Shown here: piece by piece, positions 56,436 through 64,000 of the stretch | Position numbering within the stretch: position 1 is the first letter of the stretch | Layout: every line of letters starts with the position of its first letter | Origin: Plasmodiophora brassicae | Taxonomy: Eukaryota | DNA: 64,000 nt | Direction: 5' to 3' | Assembly: GCA_036867785.1 (NCBI GenBank) | Contig: CP145419.1 | Location: 62,001-126,000, forward strand | Notes under the pieces: model-generated | The model's input: the letters and a program-made list of their open reading frames with translations, nothing else | Databases searched by the model: none | What the model was told of the DNA's origin: nothing | Made by a program: the position numbers and the translations under genes

Positions 56436-58268
56436 TCAGGCGGCGGGCGCCGACGCGGGGACGACGCTGGCGTTGCCGGCGTAGAGCGACACCTGCTGGT
56501 CCCTCCTGTACAGCGTGACGGCGGGAACGACCACGCCCCGGATGCCATCGAACGCGACGCCCAGCCGGACGCCGTTCTTCGTGAACGATAGCGAGGCGGT
56601 GCCGTCGCCCCGGCACGACAGGTCCATGCCGATCGTGTCGCCGCGCGCGAACATCGGCCCGTATGCGGTCGGCTTCCCGGCGTGGACCTTCTTGCCCGTC
56701 GTGCACTGGACCGCCCACGACGTCAGCGACGTGCCGCCCAGCTGGACGCGGGCGCACGACGACAGGGTGGGGGGCGCGACGCTCACCCCCAGGTACATGC
56801 CCTGGACGTTGCGCAGGCCATCGGCGTCGATCTGGAACAGCCAAGAATGGTCGCGCGGCACCGACGTATCGACAGGCTGCCTGCCGAGCGCGGTCACGTG
56901 CCCGGGGGCGGCCGAGGCGCCCGCCACCCGGACCGTTCGTCGCCGGTTGGACAGGACCAGGGCGCCGGTGCCGGCCACGTCCGCCCACGTCGGCATGCCG
57001 CGCCGGCGCAGGCGACGCGCGAACGCGGGCGACACGCTGTCGAGCGCGTCGTGATCGTTGTCCTGCAGCGCTTTGGCCATGATGGCGCCGACGGAGACCA
57101 GGTCCTTCGGGACGGTCGAGGCGGCGGCGTTGGCGCCCATCAGGCGCGATGCGGACAGGAACGCGAACCGGCACGTCTTCCAGAGGAGGCGCCGCTCGTC
57201 GGCGGGCAGGGCGGCGCCGCGTGGCCCGCCCAGGTACGTCGCGATGCGATCGAAGACGTCGTCCTCCGACTCGACCTGCAGGTCGTCCTGGTCGAGGACG
57301 CCGGCCACTGTGGCCGGCGACAGCGACAGGAACGACGCCTGCGGCAGGCGGTCGATGTCCCGGGCGATGCTCGCCAGGCACCGTCGGTGCACCTTGCGCA
57401 GCTTGGCGTCGTCGTCGTCGTCGGCAACGCTGTCGTGCAGGCAGTCGAGGAAGAACAGCGCGTCGCCGCCGGCGATCGGGAACCGGTCGTCCTGCAGGAA
57501 CCCGAGCAAGGTCGCCGTCTGCGCCGGCGTCAGCGTGTCCCGGAAGTCGCGCAGGTACCGGGCCAGGAAGCAGGCCAGGGCGTCGCCGTCGTCGACGACC
57601 AGGTCGTCGTGGTCGAGCAGGACGGCGATGACGTCCGGCGACGTCAACCGCCACTGGTCGTACGACAGGTACGACAGGCGGCGCGCCAGGTGCGCCAGGC
57701 ACGCCTGGACGATGTCGCCCATCGAATGGTTCATCTCCAGGCAGCGCAGCAGAACGGCGTGCGCCGCATCCAGGCCGGCGTCGAACGTTCGCCGCAGGAA
57801 CGCATCGGCCAGGGCGCGCAGCGCCTCGACCTGCAGGTAGTCGGCCAGGACGAGGACGGGGACGACGGTCGTCTCCGTCAGCGTCCCCGGGGGCAGGTCG
57901 CCCTCGTACATGAACTCGAGCACGGCGGGGAACAGGCCCATCATCTGCCGGTCGATGTCGGCGATGCGGCACGCCAGCGACAGCGGGCAGGCGCAGGGGC
58001 CCGCGCATCGGCACAGCAGGGCGCGCCCGATCTCGAGCGTCGTGCAGCGCTCGGCGCTGTCGTACCCCATGGCGAACCGATTGTAGAAGTAGGCTGAGCT
58101 GCGCGGGCCGACCGCGATCACGAAGCGGTGGACGGGGAAGCGGCGCGTGCCGACCACGATGGTCCAGTCGGACAGGGCGCCGTTCCGCCACGACGCGTCG
58201 CCATGCGGGCAGTACCCATCCTCCAGCGAATCAGATAGCAACGCGCGTCTGCGCGCGTCGATACACAT
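56436..58268 (-). CDS. BTB-BACK-SPRY/B30.2 protein (probable in-frame intron near 57960-58020)
   Basis: SDWTIVVGTRRFPVHRFVI...SAYF; VLEFMYEG; VLADYLQV; DDLQVESEDDVF; C-terminal YGPMFARGDTIGMDL...LSFTKNGVRLGVAF...PAVTL. Confidence 0.88.
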   Translation of the reverse strand: MCIDARRRALLSDSLEDGYCPHGDASWRNGALSDWTIVVGTRRFPVHRFVIAVGPRSSAYFYNRFAMGYDSAERCTTLEIGRALLCRCAGPCACPLSLACRIADIDRQMMGLFPAVLEFMYEGDLPPGTLTETTVVPVLVLADYLQVEALRALADAFLRRTFDAGLDAAHAVLLRCLEMNHSMGDIVQACLAHLARRLSYLSYDQWRLTSPDVIAVLLDHDDLVVDDGDALACFLARYLRDFRDTLTPAQTATLLGFLQDDRFPIAGGDALFFLDCLHDSVADDDDDAKLRKVHRRCLASIARDIDRLPQASFLSLSPATVAGVLDQDDLQVESEDDVFDRIATYLGGPRGAALPADERRLLWKTCRFAFLSASRLMGANAAASTVPKDLVSVGAIMAKALQDNDHDALDSVSPAFARRLRRRGMPTWADVAGTGALVLSNRRRTVRVAGASAAPGHVTALGRQPVDTSVPRDHSWLFQIDADGLRNVQGMYLGVSVAPPTLSSCARVQLGGTSLTSWAVQCTTGKKVHAGKPTAYGPMFARGDTIGMDLSCRGDGTASLSFTKNGVRLGVAFDGIRGVVVPAVTLYRRDQQVSLYAGNASVVPASAPAA

Positions 58269-58455
58269 ATTATACGTCCGCGTCGACGATTAAGTTAGTG
58301 CTCGTCGCCGACACGACAGCGGACGGTCAGCGCGATGGATTTCACAGGTCAGGTCGACGCCCCGCGTGTGACTCAACCAGCACGAGCGCGCATGACGCAA
58401 CGACGACGCGCACGGAGCCGGTGACGTCACGATGGTTGTCCTCGCCGCCGGCCGT

Positions 58456-59400
58456 TTAGTACAATCTATGTGGTGGAGCCGTCGAGTAGCCACCCCCGCG
58501 ATGGTGGTGATCGGAATGGCCGGAACCGACAGACTCGCCGCCATGGGCATGGCCGAGGTCGACCACGCACGGCAGCAGCAGGCCGGCAACGACGGCGACG
58601 ATGGTGGTCCAGGACGTCGTGCCGGCGGCCCTCAGGGCCTCCGGCAGGATGTGCATGGCGGCCACGTACAGGAACGTGCCGCCCGAGAACAGCATCAGGT
58701 TGCCGAGCCGGGCGTGGTTCAGCTCGTGTTCGTTGCCGGCGAACAGGATGAAGGTTGCGATGGCGGCCAGGGGCGCCGACGCGGCGAACAGCAACAGGCA
58801 CCGCATCATCTCGGATCGCGGGCGGTTGTGCTGCGCGAAATGGGCCATCAGCGTGAAACTGGCGGGCGCCTTGTGCACCAGGAGGGCGATGAAGACGACG
58901 GCCTCGACGGACGACTGGTTCGACAGGGAGATGGCGCCCAGGGCGATACCGTCGGCGGCCGAGTGCACAAGCAGGCCGACGAACGCGGTCGACGTGCTCG
59001 GCGCGTGCGAGTGCCCATGAGACGAGGCGGTCGCAGGGTCCCTTAACGCGACCTGCTCCGCGTCGTCGGATTTGGGGCGCTCGGACGACGCGGCCCCGAA
59101 CGGGATGTGGTCGACGACAAGCATGAGCACCAGTCCGAGGGCGATGGCGACGCCGAACGACGACGGCAGGCCGTCGTCACACCCGTCCTGCAGGAGGAAC
59201 CGCGCCCCCTCCGGAATGATGATCGTGACGGCGGTGCCCATGAAGAGGCCGGCGCCGGCGGCGTTGACCAGCGGCATCAGTGTCGACGCGCGCGACGACG
59301 GCGCCGCGCGCCCGACAACCCACAACGGGATCAGGCCCGACGCGGCACTGCCCAGGAACATGCCGATCGACAGGACGACCAGGTCGACGATGGAGCCCAT
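58456..59400 (-). CDS. ZIP family zinc transporter (ZIP9-like), intronless
   Basis: GAGLFMGTAVTIIIPEG, His loop HGHSH, GLLVHSAADGIALG, ALLVHKAPASF, MLFSGGTFLYVAAMHILPE. Confidence 0.93.
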   Translation of the reverse strand: MGSIVDLVVLSIGMFLGSAASGLIPLWVVGRAAPSSRASTLMPLVNAAGAGLFMGTAVTIIIPEGARFLLQDGCDDGLPSSFGVAIALGLVLMLVVDHIPFGAASSERPKSDDAEQVALRDPATASSHGHSHAPSTSTAFVGLLVHSAADGIALGAISLSNQSSVEAVVFIALLVHKAPASFTLMAHFAQHNRPRSEMMRCLLLFAASAPLAAIATFILFAGNEHELNHARLGNLMLFSGGTFLYVAAMHILPEALRAAGTTSWTTIVAVVAGLLLPCVVDLGHAHGGESVGSGHSDHHHRGGGYSTAPPHRLY

Positions 59401-59634
59401 GACGAACACCCGGCGACCCACCCCTCCACCACTGCCCGCACACGGCACTTTCACATCTGGCCCCCCGCCGTTTGACGCTGCCTGACACGCGCACACGCAC
59501 GGAGTGTTACATGCGCGGTCGCAGCTGCTCACGCGCAGCACGAGGTACAGTCATCAGGACCGACTGGGGCGAGCTGCAACGCGTCACTGTCGAGCTGCAC
59601 ACACGGCTCCGGTGGACTAGGTCTGCTCCGGAGT

Positions 59635-62559
59635 TTATTGAGCAGTGCCCGGACCCGCGGGAGGATCCGGTCGCGGGGTCGCCTCGGCCTGACCAGGAGG
59701 TGGTGATGATGGTCGTCGCCGTCGTCGTCGACCAGGTGACCGATGACGTCGCTTGCAGTCTGCGACCTGGTTGCAGGCCTGGGCGCGTTCGTGCTCGGCA
59801 GTGGCGATGGCCTGGCGCAGGCGAATGATTTCGCGTTTGGCGTCAAGGAGCTGGGCCGCTGTCGTTTCTAGCTTGGCGTTGGCCGACGTTGCGTTTCGCA
59901 GCTCCTGCTCCAGCACGTCGATCCGGATGCCCAGCTGGACCTGGCGCTTCCGGGCGCGAGCCTGCAGGGTCGCCATTTGCGCCTGCCACTCGCCTTTCTG
60001 CTTCGCGACGCTCTCGTTCGCCTGCTCGACGCAGGTCTGCAACGCCTCCGCATACGACTTGATCTGATTGCTGGCCTGCGCCGCCTCCAGGTTCTGCGCT
60101 CATAACCGGCGTTAGGTCGGTTCGCATTCTGCGGTGTTTGCGTCGAACCTCTTGGCGTCGCAGGCCCTCGGACGTCTCGAACGCCGTCCGGACTGTGGAC
60201 AACCTGAGCGTCGCCGCCTAACACACACACACATGACGAAAGATGAGATCGTTCGTGGAGGTGCCTCCGACGCATCGTACGGGACCTGAACCAACTGTTG
60301 CATGTGCGCGATCTGCCTGCAATTCTGCTTGTCGCGCGCCTGGGCTTCCTGTTTGACGGGGGGAGCAAACGCATCAACCAGCAGCTGCCGACGAGTGTTT
60401 CAAGGACCCAGGGCCACCGACCGTGGCGGCCTGTAGCAGGTCGGCGTTCGTGCGCCTGAGATCGGCGTTCTTCTGCCTGAGCGCCGCGCTGGCCCACTCG
60501 GCTGACTGGCGCGCTCCGTCTAGCTCCTGTCGCCATCTCTGCAATCCGTCGCGTTGTCATCCCCCGGGATGTGCAACACAGTGTCCCCATTTCGGTACCG
60601 CATCGTTCTCAGCCAGGGCCGCTTCCAGCGACGACGACGTTTGGCGCCGAATGGCGTCGATCTCGGCGCGGAGGTCGTCGTTCTGCTGCAGGGCGTCGAG
60701 CAACCGGGCTTGAATTTCTTGTACGGCAGTGTTATGGGTCGACTGGAGCGCGTCGCGCTCCTTGACATGTTTGGCCCGTTCCTCAGTCAGGTCGCGTTGC
60801 AGGTTGAACGCGGTCTGCCGCCACACTTGCCGCTCCTGCTGGTGCTCCTGAATCGCATTCATCTTGTCGCGGTTGACACTGTCGACGAGTGCCAGGAGTC
60901 GCTCCTCCGCCTGCCGCCCTGCATAGCCGCATGCAGCAATCAGGTCTGTGTGCCGTTGGCTGAACATCCAATCGGTGACCCCCCAACCCTGTTCGATAGC
61001 CTGCTCTCGTCCCTCGTTGGACATGCGAACCATCTCCAACAGCTTCTGCTCCTGGGCTATATAACGCCATTAGAGCGCGTGCATTGCAGGAAGGAACGTC
61101 GCCAATCGTACCACTCCATCGAGAGCGCTCCGACGTGGCGCTTCGGTTCCCCGTATCGATCGTGGCTGGTGCCATCCCGTTCTGTTCAGCAGCACACGAC
61201 GGGCGCTGCTCTGCATCACCTCCATCGGTGTACACCGGTGGCGAGCCTGGCGAGGACTGGAAGCGGAATGCCTGCAGGCCAAGCGGGGCGTCGTACAGGA
61301 CCCAGATCGCATCCGTCCCCACATAAACGTCTGTGCATCGACCGGATGAGCGTCCACAACGCCAGGCAAACTGGGCCCGGGGCATTGCACCTCTGATCGT
61401 GGCCATGGCGTTCGGCAGCGTCTGCCTGGCGGCGTAATTCCTCGTGTCCCAAACGGCCACGTTGCCGGTGGCCGATACAGTAACGACATCTGCACCGGCC
61501 GAGCGGATGACCGCGATCGGATCCGATCCCGTGATCGTTGTCGTGCAGACGTGGACGTCGGCGTCCCAGATGGCGATACTGCCACAGCGGTACGCGCACC
61601 AGACCGTCCCGGTCGCCTCGACGTGCGCGACGTCGACCACTTCGTTGCCGTTCGTGTCGAGGCTGGCCACCAGGTGGTTCACCTCGTCGTAGACGCGGAT
61701 GCCTGCGGGCGGGCCGCCCAGCCAAACCTGTTCCCCCACCGCCCGCATCACGTTCACCTGCGCGCGTCATGATCAACAGTGCTGTGCCGCGACCGACGTG
61801 AACGGCGCCGACCTTGGAGATGGCGGCCGACGGCAGGGCGGTGGCGTTGGCCGGGGCCCCGAGACGGACGTCGCACGTGGCCAGTTCCAGATCGGAGGTC
61901 ACCGTCCACAGCGTGTTGCCGCTGTACGCCATGTGGACAAACGAGGCGCCTGGGCGCATGTCGTTCCGGCACGTCACCGCCGCCAGCGATGCCTGGACGT
62001 CGACAACCCAGAACTGAAGCCGGGCGTCCGACGTGCTGATCCAGAATCCGTCCGACGAGGCCGCCACCGACGTCACCGTTGGCGGGCCGCCGGATGCCGA
62101 CAGGAGATTGCCGCCCAGACCGACGGCGTCGTCAATGTCGGTCACCAGCGACGATGGATGCTCGTTGACGTTCCACTCGTGGGACTCGGCGATTGCCACT
62201 GCATGGCGCTCAGGGGAGTCGACGGCGGTGCCCCGCCCCCCGACCTACCTAGATCCGATGGAGGCAACGCGTCCGCGCGGGCGCATCGCTGCCTGGTTCG
62301 CGGGTCGAAGACCTGGATCTGGCCGGTCGCAGTGACGGCCACGACGTGCTGTTGTGCACCGCATCGGAACACGCACATGGGCACATGCTGGGCGTCGGCG
62401 CCGTCCACGTCCAACCGTTCGCCAATGGGATCCATTCGTTCGGCAGGGTCGGTCGATGACGATCCCGGTCTCTCTCTGTCTCGTTGATCGATCCCGGGTA
62501 CGCCTGGTAATGGCGTTCGCCTGCCGGGACGTGCGCGCCACGGTTCCTGCGTCTGGCAT
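59635..62559 (-). CDS. Multi-exon protein with N-terminal WD40-like beta-propeller and C-terminal coiled coil (may be two genes; ends approximate)
   Basis: GQIQVFD, ARLQFW, GIRVYD, GSIAIWD and GNVAVWD repeats, then long E/Q/R/L-rich heptad exons. Confidence 0.6.
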
Positions 62560-62720
62560 GTCGAGCGGCACGCGTGGTCGAGCTCTCAGGGGAGCGACAG
62601 AGGACCGGTGATTCGACGGGCGTCATTCCAAGACGACGACCTTGACGTGTGGGTTCCTAATCCGGCGCCACCATCGGCGGACGATGCGCGATGGCGGGCG
62701 GCGACCGTTGCACTAGGACG

Positions 62721-63197
62721 ATGACGATGATGATGATGACGGTGGTCCCATTGGTGGTCCATGCAGCGATGGCAATGGCGACGGCACCGAATCGTGCATC
62801 CGTCCATGGGCAGGCACTATCGTTCCCGTATGGCTCTGTGGGGCCCTATGTTCTTCCTGTGTCGGTGCCCGCCGCCTTCCGCACGGCCTCGGTGCGCGTG
62901 TCGGCCGGCAACGAGTTCCACGTCGCCATCTACCCGTACCGATCCGCTCAACCGATTCTGGCCCAGTGCTGCGACCACGGCGCGTACGTGTCGCCAGGCG
63001 ATCGTCTACCGGGCGCGTGCCTGGCTCTGCTCAACGGCATCACTCCATGGACATCGACCGCGTTTCCAGACAGGGTATTCGAGCTGAAACGGTTCTCCCT
63101 GCTGCTCAGCAACAGCCTGAACGACTACGAAGCGCATTCGAATCGGGACACTGGTGCGACCTCGAGTCCGCAGAGTGCCTTAGATCAGCAATCATAG
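62721..63197 (+). CDS. Putative secreted protein, possibly truncated by the adjacent retroelement
   Basis: Hydrophobic N-terminus (TVVPLVVHAAMAMATA) and a protein-like body up to ~63150. Confidence 0.45.
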   Translation: MTMMMMTVVPLVVHAAMAMATAPNRASVHGQALSFPYGSVGPYVLPVSVPAAFRTASVRVSAGNEFHVAIYPYRSAQPILAQCCDHGAYVSPGDRLPGACLALLNGITPWTSTAFPDRVFELKRFSLLLSNSLNDYEAHSNRDTGATSSPQSALDQQS

Positions 63198-63335
63198 GGC
63201 GCCTCCCACATATACCGCGCAACACTGCCGTACGGCGTCCGTGGCGCACCAATCATACATTTCTGCTATCTGGCCTTGTCTGGTCTTGTCCGTGTCCTGC
63301 GTGCTAATTGGTTATGGGCCCATCCCAAGCCTTAC

Positions 63336-63430
63336 CCCTGTCCCTGTTCCTGTCCCCGTCCCTGTCCCCGTCCCTGTCCCTGTTCCTGCCCCAGCCCCAG
63401 TTCCCGTACTGTCCCGTGTCCCAGCCCGTG
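63336..63430. repeat. Degenerate hexamer tandem repeat (CCTGTC/CCCGTC)n in the retroelement leader
   Basis: Directly visible. Confidence 0.85.
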
Positions 63431-63513
63431 TCGTGATCCAGTTCGCGTTGTGACCGCCCGCGCCCCACGCTCGGTTTGTACCCGTCCCTGTCCCCCTGCT
63501 CCCGCCGCCCGCA

Positions 63514-64000
63514 ATGGCGGAGGACTGGAACCAGATCGTCACAAACCTGAACTCTCAGATCCAGCACCTGCAACAGCAACAACAACAACAGCAGCAGCTT
63601 CTACAACAACAGCACGATCAACTGCTACAACAGCAACAACTACTGCAGCAGCAACCGTCCCCACAACAGCGAACGGTCTCACAGCATCATGTTTCCGAGC
63701 CCAAGGTCAAGCTTCCCCCCATCTACAACGGCGGCCGTGGAGAACTTCGCGGCTTCCTGAACCAAGTCAAGCTGGTTATCACCCAGCGGCCTGCCACCTA
63801 TGCGACCGACGCTCAGAAGGTCGCGCTGGTGGGACAGCTGCTGGGTGGTGATGCTCTTCGGTGGTTTAATCCGTTGTTCGAAAAGGACGACGCGGTGCTG
63901 ACGGAGTTCGTCGCCTTTATCAAGGCCTTCAAGACAAGGTTCGGTGACCCTCATCTAGCCGAGACTGCGGCACGGAAGCTACAGCATCTTCGTCAGGGCC
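63514..64000 (+). CDS. gag: Retrotransposon Gag (partial; absent from the ORF track because it has no stop in the window)
   Basis: MAEDWNQIV...polyQ...EPKVKLPPIYNGGRGELRGFLNQ...DAQKVALVGQLLGGDALRWF...FIKAFKTRFGD...AARKLQHLRQG. Confidence 0.88.
   Translation, partial: MAEDWNQIVTNLNSQIQHLQQQQQQQQQLLQQQHDQLLQQQQLLQQQPSPQQRTVSQHHVSEPKVKLPPIYNGGRGELRGFLNQVKLVITQRPATYATDAQKVALVGQLLGGDALRWFNPLFEKDDAVLTEFVAFIKAFKTRFGDPHLAETAARKLQHLRQG

Larger units (their letters stand above)
63152..64000 (+). mobile_element. 5' part of a retrotransposon with Ty3/gypsy-like Gag; left boundary uncertain; runs off the window
   Basis: PBS-like GGTTATGGGCCCA (63310-63322), a pyrimidine-rich hexamer leader, then the gag ORF. 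Confidence 0.75.

Noticed and set aside
1-64000. tRNA, rRNA or CRISPR loci
   Set aside because: None recognised by eye; tRNAscan-SE and Infernal were not run.

Overview
Gene-dense, GC-rich eukaryotic DNA with short (~60-80 nt) GT-AG introns and CTGAC/CTAAC branch points. Flagellar-type genes are present (NME7, TSNAXIP1-like, Spef1-like CH protein). The overall style fits a flagellated protist such as the phytomyxid Plasmodiophora; this is inference, not verified. Housekeeping genes include a PAF-acetylhydrolase, PCYT2, the DNA polymerase epsilon catalytic subunit, NME7, cytochrome b5 reductase, a NUP42-like nucleoporin, TFIIH p34, a CAAX protease, NDUFAF7, a CHI-fold protein, a PDE, a BTB-SPRY protein and a ZIP transporter. 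Four features stand out. (1) A ~16 kb head-to-tail array (20.2-36.5 kb) of intronless, bacterial-style PAS-HisKA-HATPase-REC hybrid histidine kinases: 5 intact, 1 deleted/frameshifted and 2 decayed relics, with diverging PAS pockets and heptad-stepped linkers. (2) An intronless plant-type PLS-E-DYW PPR protein with an intact HSE...CxxC deaminase motif but no DYW terminus. (3) A bacterial-type, membrane-tailed TIR protein that retains the catalytic Glu. (4) The 5' end of a retrotransposon with a Ty3/gypsy-like Gag and a half-tRNA(iMet)-type primer-binding site. All calls come from motif recognition by eye; no database searches were run and exon boundaries of multi-exon genes are approximate unless stated.
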